A stretch of DNA of 64,000 nt. Origin: an uncultured Erysipelotrichaceae bacterium (lineage in GTDB: Bacteria; Bacillota_I; Bacilli_A; RF39; UBA660). Positions 8,678-17,863 of the stretch are shown in pieces. Every line of letters begins with the position of its first letter. Positions within the stretch are counted from its first letter, which is position 1. Where the stretch lies: assembly GCA_902764545.1 (NCBI GenBank), contig CACWWC010000008.1, positions 9,191 to 73,190 on the forward strand. The letters are read 5' to 3'. The notes under the pieces are model-generated. The model did not search any database and was not told the DNA's origin. It was given only the letters and a program-made list of their open reading frames with translations. A program made the translations under genes and the position numbers.

Positions 8678-10291
8678 ATGAATTTTAAGGAATATATAGA
8701 TAAAGATATTGAAGACAAAAAAAATTTATTAGAACTTCTTCCGATGAATACAGAAGCAAGAGTAAAAAAATATAAGGATACTATTGATAACATTATAAGA
8801 GTTTATCAGCCATCAATTGAAAGTACAAAAAAATATATAGATTATAAGTATAACAAACTTTATCCAACAAAAATAGATAGAACTCAGCAAATAGAACAAA
8901 TAAAAAGTAAAATAACTGTCTATAAAGAAAATTTGATTTCAACAAATCCAAATACAAGTTACTATGAAAGACTTGGCTTTGATATGCTAATATTTGAACT
9001 AGAACATTATTATAATTACACACTTCATGAAAATAATGATATAATTGTCAAAATTATTTCCAAATTCGAATTAGCATCAGTGAAAATATCTGCTGAAGAC
9101 TTTAAACTTAATATTTTTTCATATAATTATATGATTTATATATTTAAAAGCATAAGAGGAGAATTAATTAATACTGAAACTCTAAAGAAAATCTTTTGGA
9201 AATGCCCAAATGTATATGAAAATATAATTATTAGTTTTAGAATCTTAATAATAAAAAATCAAAAAAGATTTGAAAGTTATTTAAAAATATTTGAATCAAA
9301 AATATTAAGTCAATATAACTATAAAAGTAGAAATGAATTAATTCAAGCCTTATATAATGAAGAAATAAATAAAGAACAATTAGAAGAACAAGATGAAGCT
9401 GATATAGTATCTGATTTTATAAGTGGTGAATTAGACTTTAGTATTTATCAAAATACTATGAATAATCTATATGGCGAATTAGATTACTTTCTAATTAATC
9501 CAATAGATGTAAGCAATCAAGATTTACTTGCACAAACTCTAATAATTATAGATAACTTTTATCAAAACATTATGGAGTATCAAAAATATTCCACTAATGA
9601 AGTATTATTTGAAAATCTTAAAAATACATATAATAAAAATATATTTAACCTACAAGAAAAACAAATGAAAAAAGACTATAAAGCACAACTAAATAAAATT
9701 AATAAACTTCAGGCAAAGGCAAAAAAACAGTTTATAAATAAAATAATTAACGGAGAAAATATAGACCAAATACTAAACAAAGACGAATTCAATAAATGTA
9801 TTGAACAACAAAAAATGCTAAATGAAATATATATTGAATATTCAAATTACGACAAAATGTATTTTAATTTAATTCTAAAACAAAATATACATGAGAACTC
9901 TTTTATATCCAGTATTGTTGAGCTCATAGTGTCGTATCCGTTTTTCTCTAGATCAATTATAAAAAGTGTTTTTGAATTAGAAAATAATGAAGAAGTTACT
10001 GATAAATATAATGAAATATTTGATTTACAGTACAACAGGCATAGAAAATTGATAGATATGAAATCTATTTTTTCAAAGGAGAATTTTGAAAGACGATTGA
10101 TGGACTCCTATAGATTTGACAATCTTAATATTAATGAAACTACTTTTGAAGAAGATAATCAAACACTTGCGATTACAAATTATATAAAACTCAAAAATAA
10201 GCTAAAAATTTCAAAATTCCAACGTAGTCTTGATGAAATAGAATTTTTAATAAATATAAAGAAACTAAAGGACGAAGAAGAAAAAGTATAA
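8678..10291 (+). CDS. Cytoplasmic helical protein of unknown function (locus protein B)
   Basis: 537 aa, no signal peptide or TM helix, K/E/N-rich helical composition, no family motif recognised. Tightly packed between secreted-protein genes. Confidence 0.6.
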   Translation: MNFKEYIDKDIEDKKNLLELLPMNTEARVKKYKDTIDNIIRVYQPSIESTKKYIDYKYNKLYPTKIDRTQQIEQIKSKITVYKENLISTNPNTSYYERLGFDMLIFELEHYYNYTLHENNDIIVKIISKFELASVKISAEDFKLNIFSYNYMIYIFKSIRGELINTETLKKIFWKCPNVYENIIISFRILIIKNQKRFESYLKIFESKILSQYNYKSRNELIQALYNEEINKEQLEEQDEADIVSDFISGELDFSIYQNTMNNLYGELDYFLINPIDVSNQDLLAQTLIIIDNFYQNIMEYQKYSTNEVLFENLKNTYNKNIFNLQEKQMKKDYKAQLNKINKLQAKAKKQFINKIINGENIDQILNKDEFNKCIEQQKMLNEIYIEYSNYDKMYFNLILKQNIHENSFISSIVELIVSYPFFSRSIIKSVFELENNEEVTDKYNEIFDLQYNRHRKLIDMKSIFSKENFERRLMDSYRFDNLNINETTFEEDNQTLAITNYIKLKNKLKISKFQRSLDEIEFLINIKKLKDEEEKV

Positions 10292-10305
10292 TAAAGGAAT
10301 TACAT

Positions 10306-13300
10306 ATGATGAGTAAAAATATTAAAAGGTTAACGATTTTTAATATAATTATTATAAGCATAATCAGTGTATTAGGCATTGTTATGCTTTTTAACCCATC
10401 ATATGCAAGAAACCTAGCCAATGAATATTATAGCACTTGGGATGGAGAAACAGTATCCACGACTTTATCAGGCTCTGGAACATCATCAGACCCATACGTT
10501 ATAAGTAATGGAGCAGATTTAGCCTTTTTCTATAAAAATTGTACAAATAGTAACTGGAACGATAGATATTACGTACTTGATAATGATATATACTTGAATG
10601 AAGGATATTTCGACTATATTGATGATGGCAATTTTAAGTATCATCTAAATAATAAAACTTACTATATCGCAAAAGACAAATATTACACAACAAAAGATGA
10701 TCTAAATAGTGAAACAAATGGTCAAAACATACACGTATTAAAAAATAGAAAATATGACCCATTCTATGGGACATTTGATGGCAATGGACATGCCATAATA
10801 GGCATGTTTTTTAACGACTCTAATGCAGATAGCAATCATTTTATAAGTCATAATTATGGTGTAATTCAAAATGTTAAGTTTTTTAATTCAATAATTATAT
10901 CAAAGAAAAATAGTTCATTGATAGGTGATATCTATGAATCAGGCACAACAAAAAATATTGTTTTTAATGGAACAATAAAAAATTATGCTGTAGGTAATGC
11001 AGGCATTATAGGTACTGTTGTTAATAAAGGCAATATTTCAAATATTGCTATGCACGGTAGAGTTGAAGGATATGGAAATATAGGAGGCATAGTTGGAAGA
11101 TATGTAACACCAAATTCAGGTTTAAGTAGTATATTAAATATCAGCAATAGTTATAACACTGCAGAAGTTATATCTGATAATGTAGCTGGCGGAATTATTG
11201 GAAAAAGTGAAAATACAAACTATTTAAATTTAACAAACGTCTTTAATACGGGAAACATTTTGGGAGAATACTCTGGAGGAGTTTTAGGATATCTAACATC
11301 AACATCAGTTGCTAATAGCATAAATTTTACAAACTCATTTTCAAGTAATGCAGATAATTTTATTGGATATATTCCAATTAGTGCTACAATACATGCAAGC
11401 AATAATTACTACACTAATGCGAATACTAAAGCCGTAGGAAATTATAGTACAGCAGTTTCAGGAATTGAATATAAACACTACATGAATTTATTTGCTACAA
11501 ATAACCTTTCATCCATGGGATATTTACAATATGATGAAAATCAAGTATCTAGTGGTTATATATGGAAATATAGACTTTATCAATCTCCATATTTGTATTT
11601 TGATGATGTAACAAAACCAGATGTCACAATAAACTACAATACCAATACATGGACACCAAGCAATAACAGTAGGACAATCTCAATAATTACTGCTAACTCC
11701 ACAGGAAATATAAGTGTATCAGTAAGTGACGATAGTGATATAGCAAAGATAGAATATTACATCAAAAATAAATATGATACTACAACAGAAAATATAGAAA
11801 ACCTTGATTTAAAGTTGTACACAGATGATACGACATTTACCGTAGAACCCAATACTTGTCAAACAATATATATAAAGGCAACAGATATTTATGGAAACAG
11901 TAGTTACGCCTTTTCTGATATGATATTTTATGATGCTTATGTACTAGATTTTAGTGAAGGAATAAATCACAATTCGTTAGGAATAAAAAGTAATACAATT
12001 TTTAAATATTTTACAAAAAATTCAGAAATAAACATAAGAGGAAAACACTCAGTTAATACTGACTCCTATATTTATAACGCAGACAATAAAGAATATATGT
12101 ATTTTTATTATATTCCACCAACTGGAACAGTAATGACATTATATGATTATACCAAGAACAAAATATATAAATATACTGTCAACAATACCAGTGACTTTTC
12201 ATACAATTATTCAGGAGTTTCACTTTATAGGTTAGATTTATCAGTATTTAAGTCAATTTATGATAGCAGTATCGCTTATGATAATACTGTATATGGGCAT
12301 TACGACTCAGTAAAAAAGAAAATAGATGAAGATTTTGAAATATCATTTGACTTTTCAAAATGCTCCTTCCCAAATTCATATGTATTAAAAGGATATATAA
12401 GATCGTATTCAACAACAAATCAAACTGTAGTAATGTCATATAGAAGTTCAATTTTTGAATTTGAATTAATGACTGATCAAGAGGCAGAATATTCATTAGA
12501 AATAATTCCTGATTCTACAAATGCGATTGATAATATATCAAATACAATTAGCATGGACTTAGTACTAACAAAACAGTTAATGAATACCCAAAATTCAACA
12601 TATACACATGAAGATACTTTTATATATGATCCTTCATTTTTTAATGCAGACTATACTATTGTTCTTAAAGTAGTTGATGAAAATAATAACGTTATAAAAA
12701 GTACTTCCGGTAATAATATTTCTTACCAAATAAAAAATGGTGCATCATTCAATAATAAAACTGATAACAATGCTTATATGAAAGTAAACATTCCAGCTCG
12801 GAGCTATAGCTGGTATAATATGTTTGGATACCGAGGCATGGTATCATTTAAAATAAAAGTTCTAAACAATAGATATATTGATATTGCAAATGGAACATAT
12901 CAACTAAATGTATATCTTCAAGACTTAAGTGGTACAACTATAGCAACAGCACAAACTCCTTTGACAGTAAGTAAAGCCATACAAATAAATAATGCAAGTT
13001 ATAACTTCGCTATTACAGATAAAAATGATAGAATAATAGAGGCAGGAGAAACAGCAGCGGGCAATAACTATATGGGATTTAACTATACACTTTCACTTAA
13101 TAATCCAACCAGTTCCTCCTTACTTGTTAAAACATATAAAATAGAAGAAGTAGATGATGAAGTAGTAAAAACCGAGGTTAATCCATCAACAATTTTTAAT
13201 TCTACATATAATTTTCCGGTTTTAGATAACTACTATTTACTTCAAATAAATCATCACAATCTTGATAATGTTTTAAATATTAAAAGTGACACTCCTAGCG

Positions 13301-13380
13301 GAGTTTATGACGTTGAGATATTTTTTCAGAATAATGGAAAAATACAAACAAGTGAAAACTTTAACATTTTAGTCAAATAA
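10306..13380 (+). CDS. 1024-aa secreted protein with SipW-type-like signal and GLUG-motif (beta-helix-like) repeat region
   Basis: N-terminal TM helix ending PSYARN. Repeats NAGIIGTVVN / NIGGIVGRY / NVAGGIIGKS / SGGVLGYL (about 10.98-11.34 kb) resemble GLUG motifs. Long Ig-like/beta-rich remainder. Confidence 0.6.
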   Translation: MMSKNIKRLTIFNIIIISIISVLGIVMLFNPSYARNLANEYYSTWDGETVSTTLSGSGTSSDPYVISNGADLAFFYKNCTNSNWNDRYYVLDNDIYLNEGYFDYIDDGNFKYHLNNKTYYIAKDKYYTTKDDLNSETNGQNIHVLKNRKYDPFYGTFDGNGHAIIGMFFNDSNADSNHFISHNYGVIQNVKFFNSIIISKKNSSLIGDIYESGTTKNIVFNGTIKNYAVGNAGIIGTVVNKGNISNIAMHGRVEGYGNIGGIVGRYVTPNSGLSSILNISNSYNTAEVISDNVAGGIIGKSENTNYLNLTNVFNTGNILGEYSGGVLGYLTSTSVANSINFTNSFSSNADNFIGYIPISATIHASNNYYTNANTKAVGNYSTAVSGIEYKHYMNLFATNNLSSMGYLQYDENQVSSGYIWKYRLYQSPYLYFDDVTKPDVTINYNTNTWTPSNNSRTISIITANSTGNISVSVSDDSDIAKIEYYIKNKYDTTTENIENLDLKLYTDDTTFTVEPNTCQTIYIKATDIYGNSSYAFSDMIFYDAYVLDFSEGINHNSLGIKSNTIFKYFTKNSEINIRGKHSVNTDSYIYNADNKEYMYFYYIPPTGTVMTLYDYTKNKIYKYTVNNTSDFSYNYSGVSLYRLDLSVFKSIYDSSIAYDNTVYGHYDSVKKKIDEDFEISFDFSKCSFPNSYVLKGYIRSYSTTNQTVVMSYRSSIFEFELMTDQEAEYSLEIIPDSTNAIDNISNTISMDLVLTKQLMNTQNSTYTHEDTFIYDPSFFNADYTIVLKVVDENNNVIKSTSGNNISYQIKNGASFNNKTDNNAYMKVNIPARSYSWYNMFGYRGMVSFKIKVLNNRYIDIANGTYQLNVYLQDLSGTTIATAQTPLTVSKAIQINNASYNFAITDKNDRIIEAGETAAGNNYMGFNYTLSLNNPTSSSLLVKTYKIEEVDDEVVKTEVNPSTIFNSTYNFPVLDNYYLLQINHHNLDNVLNIKSDTPSGVYDVEIFFQNNGKIQTSENFNILVK

Positions 13381-13394
13381 TGAAAGGAGTAAAA

Positions 13395-13946
13395 ATGAAA
13401 AACAAAATAAAATATGCACTACTCCTATTAATTGTTTTACTTTTATTTTATACTATTAAAGGAAGTTATGCCTTATACAACAGCATAGCTAATGGCAAAA
13501 TAAAAGACGAAAATAATTCTCAAGAAATAATAGCAAAATTTATTGTAAATAATCAATTGTCGGATAGCATTAATTTCGAAATAAGCGATTTATCTCCGGG
13601 AGACACAAAAACTTTTAATTTCAGTGTATCAAATACCATTAATACCACTCATTCAGATGTTTCTATAAAATATAAAATCAATATACACTCATATAGTTTG
13701 CCACTAACATATATTTTGACTCAAGACCAAAATACTAACAATTTACTAACATGTTCTGGAGAAGTAGATATTTCATGTGAAAGTAGTGAGCTAATCATGA
13801 ATTATAATGACAATACAATTAAAAACTTCACACTAAAAGTTACACTGCCAGAAGCAAATACAAATGAAGAGGCATTTGACTACACATATGCAAATAATAT
13901 TGATATTGTAACATTAACAATTGATTCATGGCAGATTATTAGCTAA
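13395..13946 (+). CDS. Small TasA/camelysin-size secreted protein with SipW-type-like signal (protein D)
   Basis: ATG 13395 lies 5 nt after AAGGAG. The track ORF starts at 13380, overlapping the upstream stop. TM helix ends GSYALYN. ISDLSPGDTKTFNFSVSN and C-terminal TLTIDSWQ resemble TasA strands (LKPGD...N, ...FEATQ; recalled from memory). Confidence 0.6.
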   Translation: MKNKIKYALLLLIVLLLFYTIKGSYALYNSIANGKIKDENNSQEIIAKFIVNNQLSDSINFEISDLSPGDTKTFNFSVSNTINTTHSDVSIKYKINIHSYSLPLTYILTQDQNTNNLLTCSGEVDISCESSELIMNYNDNTIKNFTLKVTLPEANTNEEAFDYTYANNIDIVTLTIDSWQIIS

Positions 13947-13960
13947 AGGATGTGATAGAA

Positions 13961-15019
13961 ATGAAGAAAGGAAGCTATATTATATTTATATCTATTTTTT
14001 TCCTGATAATTATAGCGATAATTTTAACAATCTTTAAATATAGTCAGGCAAAATACCGGAAGTCTGATACATGGGACTATAACTATGATACATCAGGATT
14101 TTATATATCAAGTAACTTTCTACAAGATACCAATTATGACGTATATAACAGTAATAATAATTTGGATTATACATATATTACATATCTAAACTTTGATACT
14201 AATGCATTAAGCTTTAAAGTCTATAATTATCAATCTGATACCCAAATAAGCAAAGAAAATATTAAATATAATATCTCATGCGAAATACAAGGTGAAGAAG
14301 CTCATACATGTTTTATAGATGGTTCACCAAGTAGTAAAGGAAATATAAGTCTAAATAAAGCATACACTTGTTCCGTAAGTGGATTAACTGAAGAAGAATG
14401 TAAAAACAATCAAAATGCAACCCTTACATACAATAAACAAATTAATACTCATGATATCTCAATACAAAGAGCTTCATCATCAAATTCAGATACATTAATC
14501 GTAAATATAATCTTAACAGTCACATATCCATACAAAAAAGTTTTAAAAGGAAATTTAATGTTAAAATACAATGAGGATGAGCAGGGAATAAACATTGCAA
14601 ATATATCTAGCAGTGACTATCAATGCGAATACATAGTTACAAATTATGGTGGAGCGACTTACCCCAGTGTTACTCTAAAAGGAATAGAAAGTAGCGTACT
14701 TTTTCAATCAAATAACTTGACTGAAGTAACAAGATATATGAACAAATATGATAGGTGGAAAGTAAAAGTTAATAAAAGCAAATATATCCCATGTTCAAAA
14801 GCTATATACCAATATACAGGAACAAACTACCTTTTTGGTGATGCCAACAACGATGGCAGAACCGATACATTGGATGTAAACAGAATAGATAAACATATTT
14901 CAGGTAATGAGCTTTTAACTGGAGTAGGCTTTATAAATGCAGATCTTAATAATGATGGAGCAGTAAATGATTACGATAAATTATTACTTCAAAGATATAT
15001 ATCTAACCCAACTATGTAA
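13961..15019 (+). CDS. Secreted protein with C-terminal type-I dockerin module (protein E)
   Basis: ATG 13961 lies 10 nt after AAAGGA (track GTG 13952). N-terminal TM helix ending YSQAKY. C-terminus (14837-15016) has two Ca-binding loops, GDANNDGRTDTLDVNRI and ADLNNDGAVNDYDKLLL. Confidence 0.65.
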   Translation: MKKGSYIIFISIFFLIIIAIILTIFKYSQAKYRKSDTWDYNYDTSGFYISSNFLQDTNYDVYNSNNNLDYTYITYLNFDTNALSFKVYNYQSDTQISKENIKYNISCEIQGEEAHTCFIDGSPSSKGNISLNKAYTCSVSGLTEEECKNNQNATLTYNKQINTHDISIQRASSSNSDTLIVNIILTVTYPYKKVLKGNLMLKYNEDEQGINIANISSSDYQCEYIVTNYGGATYPSVTLKGIESSVLFQSNNLTEVTRYMNKYDRWKVKVNKSKYIPCSKAIYQYTGTNYLFGDANNDGRTDTLDVNRIDKHISGNELLTGVGFINADLNNDGAVNDYDKLLLQRYISNPTM

Positions 15020-15026
15020 ACTATAA

Positions 15027-15076
15027 AAAATGTATCGGAAGAAATTATACAATATATTCTCGATACATTTTTATTT
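15027..15076 (+). terminator. Rho-independent terminator
   Basis: AAAATGTATCG / CGATACATTTT stem around a long loop, followed by TTTTATTTT. Confidence 0.65.
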
Positions 15077-15134
15077 TATACCAAATTACATATTTTGATA
15101 TATGAGTACATTAATAAACCATCTATTATAATTA

Positions 15135-15163
15135 TTGAATTGGTCTTTTTTTTGATGTATAAT
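15135..15163 (+). promoter_or_regulatory. sigma-A type promoter
   Basis: TTGAAT (15135-15140), 17-nt spacer ending in TG, TATAAT (15158-15163). Confidence 0.6.
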
Positions 15164-15180
15164 TATGATAGGGTGATAAG

Positions 15181-15813
15181 ATGGAGAGGATAGAGTTAAA
15201 AATATTTGCATTAATAATATCTATATTTGTCTTATTGTCAAATATCAACTCAAGTTACGCAAGATATTTATCAGAATCAACAGGAACGGCAGACATTGAT
15301 TTTAGTACCTGGAAAGTACTTGTAAATAACACTGATATCACAAACAGTACAGTTACAAATATGATTATAACACCTACTATTATTTCAAATAGTAATGTAA
15401 GAAACGGTACACTAGCACCAGGATCTATAGGATATTTTGATCTTATGATTGACTGTTCTAATGTTGAAACTTCATTTAACTATCAGATTAGCATTAATAA
15501 AACCGGCGAAATTTCAAATTTAAAGGTCATTGGTTATTCTCCAAATAATACATCTACAACGCCATCAGTATCATATAAAAATACAACTAATCATACATAC
15601 CCAGATACAAACACAATATCAGTTAATAAAACATTGCCAACAAGTGGAACATTTTCCACATTTTATGTAAGAATCTTTTTTCAATGGATTGATAATTACA
15701 ATAATTTAAATACTGATATAAATGACACATCAATTGGTTTGAAATCTGCAAATAATCAAACAATTAACTATAATATAAGTGTGACACTTCAATTCAGACA
15801 AATTTCTTCATAG
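15181..15813 (+). CDS. Small TasA/camelysin-size secreted protein with SipW-type-like signal (protein F)
   Basis: TM helix ending SSYARYLSE, DIDFSTWKVLVNN first strand, LAPGSIGYFDLMIDCSN, C-terminal ISVTLQFRQ (TasA-like terminal strand). Confidence 0.6.
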   Translation: MERIELKIFALIISIFVLLSNINSSYARYLSESTGTADIDFSTWKVLVNNTDITNSTVTNMIITPTIISNSNVRNGTLAPGSIGYFDLMIDCSNVETSFNYQISINKTGEISNLKVIGYSPNNTSTTPSVSYKNTTNHTYPDTNTISVNKTLPTSGTFSTFYVRIFFQWIDNYNNLNTDINDTSIGLKSANNQTINYNISVTLQFRQISS

Positions 15814-15907
15814 TTGGTAAAAATGAATAATACGTTTGTTGTATTTTGACATGAATATGTGATATAATTTTTATGATTGGATTAAGGTAAGATAGGAAGG
15901 GATTAAT

Positions 15908-17863
15908 ATGAAAAAAATACTATTTTCAAAACAAAGTATTATTATATCTATGACTATTTACCTAATGATGATATGTTTTTTTTCAATACTAGTTATTAGC
16001 AAAAATAACTATGGTGTAACACAATTTGGAAATAGATTTTTTATAAGTGCATCATCTAATAATAAGCTATATGGATATAAAGAAGGAGATCTAATTGAAA
16101 TAGAAAAAAAGAACATTAGTGAACTGCATGATGGTGATAATGTTTATATCTATAAAATGCAAGAAAATGAAAAAAAAATAGATATAATCAATTCCCAGGT
16201 ACAACAAGTACATGCTGAATATCCAAACAGTTATGTAATATTAAAAAATGACAACTACCGCTGGGAAGAAAAGTATATTGTTGGGATATCAAGAAATATA
16301 TACCCTAAAATGGGATACGTAATGACGGCTCTAACATCAAGTTGGGTATTTTTTATATTATTTTTTATCCCTGCAGTAATCATTTTTATATATGAAATCT
16401 ACACTCTATTTAATGAATTAAAAAAACTTAAAAAAAACAATATTAGTATAGAAAAGGAAGATGAAAAAAAAGAAATCAATCAACAAGAAAACAAAATACT
16501 AAATAATAACACTCAACCTATTAACCAACGGTTTAATATTGAGTCTCAAAAGTTAATAAGTGAAAAAGAAAACAATATTGGTGATAATATCATGGACGAA
16601 CCAATTATTATTATCCCCAATATAAAAGAAAAAGGTGACTATATAACAGATGAAAACATTGAAGATGAGCTAAGTACTATTACAATTAGTGATGAATTAA
16701 ATAAAGAAAATGAAAGTGAACCAGAAGAAAAAACTAATAATAATAAAACTGATAATGAAGATAGTCAAGAAGTGAATTCAGATGAATCTAGTAATAACAT
16801 AAAAACAGAAAATGAGCCAATAGTTATAGGAAAAGGTATTAAAAATTTTATTTTAAAAATACTAGAATTAAAAAAGTATGAAATATTTGATATTTTATCA
16901 ATTATTAATAATGCGAAAAATCAAACGTTTCCACAATCGGTATTAAAAAATATTATTTCAACATATGTAATGGATAAATATATTCAGCCAATTGATTATA
17001 ATGAAGAAGATTTTAAAAATAAAAATAAAATTCTTATAGAAAAAATAGAAAAATATGCATCTAAAAAAAGAAATCTCGATTCAACTCAAAAAAAAGAGCT
17101 CACAGAAACGTTATTATTCTATAATAAACTAAAAGAGGATTATAGTAACTTAAATAAAGAAATTACATCATTTATTACATTTGAATCAGAAGATGATAAA
17201 AAAATAATTGTAGACTGTATAACAGAAAAAGGTAAAAGCTACATAAAATTAAGAAAAGCGTTTACAGAAAGAATTTCAGCATCAAAAATGTTTCAACTTA
17301 TCGTAAGTGACACGATAATAAAAAAAGTCTATAATACACAGTTAAAGTCAAATATTAAATTTAGTAAAATATTTAGTGAATATGTTATTGATAAATCGTA
17401 TAGCCAATCAGTTGTACTAGAAAATTTAGAAGAAGTTCTTTTGAAATTGGTAGGATCTATGCTTATAAAGGAATTATTTAATGGTGATTATGAAAAACAG
17501 TACATTATTCACTTTAATGAAACACTATATAAGAAGGAAAGAAAAATTAACAATTTTATAGATAATTTCAATGATCCTTTTTCTCAGAAAAAAATATTAA
17601 TATTAATTAATGCTGATAATATAAAAAAGAATAAAAATATTTTGGATAAATTAAAAAATCAAGGATTTAATTTTGTCATTCAGCTACCAAAGAAGGATCT
17701 TATGAATGTTGAATTTGACAGAAAAATTCTAAACATAGCAGAATACATAATAATTATTGGTAATTTAACCGAAGGAGAAAAAAAGACATTAATACCCGTA
17801 AGTATGATTCCAAAGGTATATTGTATTAATGAGGCCATTGACAGTGAGGTGATTAAAGCATGA
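15908..17863 (+). CDS. Bitopic membrane protein: SipW-like ectodomain lacking the canonical catalytic motifs, plus ~470-aa cytoplasmic domain (protein G)
   Basis: TM1, then FGNRFF...EGDLIEIEKK...GDNVYIY...NDNYRWEEKYIVG aligns by eye to the SipW-like J/M proteins but lacks the GSM and THR contexts. TM2, acidic linker, then a large domain of unknown function. Stop overlaps the next start (ATGA). Confidence 0.6.
   Translation: MKKILFSKQSIIISMTIYLMMICFFSILVISKNNYGVTQFGNRFFISASSNNKLYGYKEGDLIEIEKKNISELHDGDNVYIYKMQENEKKIDIINSQVQQVHAEYPNSYVILKNDNYRWEEKYIVGISRNIYPKMGYVMTALTSSWVFFILFFIPAVIIFIYEIYTLFNELKKLKKNNISIEKEDEKKEINQQENKILNNNTQPINQRFNIESQKLISEKENNIGDNIMDEPIIIIPNIKEKGDYITDENIEDELSTITISDELNKENESEPEEKTNNNKTDNEDSQEVNSDESSNNIKTENEPIVIGKGIKNFILKILELKKYEIFDILSIINNAKNQTFPQSVLKNIISTYVMDKYIQPIDYNEEDFKNKNKILIEKIEKYASKKRNLDSTQKKELTETLLFYNKLKEDYSNLNKEITSFITFESEDDKKIIVDCITEKGKSYIKLRKAFTERISASKMFQLIVSDTIIKKVYNTQLKSNIKFSKIFSEYVIDKSYSQSVVLENLEEVLLKLVGSMLIKELFNGDYEKQYIIHFNETLYKKERKINNFIDNFNDPFSQKKILILINADNIKKNKNILDKLKNQGFNFVIQLPKKDLMNVEFDRKILNIAEYIIIIGNLTEGEKKTLIPVSMIPKVYCINEAIDSEVIKA

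Noticed and set aside
17500-17863. C-terminus of protein G resembling the second half of an EAL domain (ILILINADN...LKNQGFNFVIQL...EYIII)
   Set aside because: There is only a loose hydrophobic-pattern resemblance. The EAL, DDFG and other catalytic motifs are absent, so I cannot support the call by eye.
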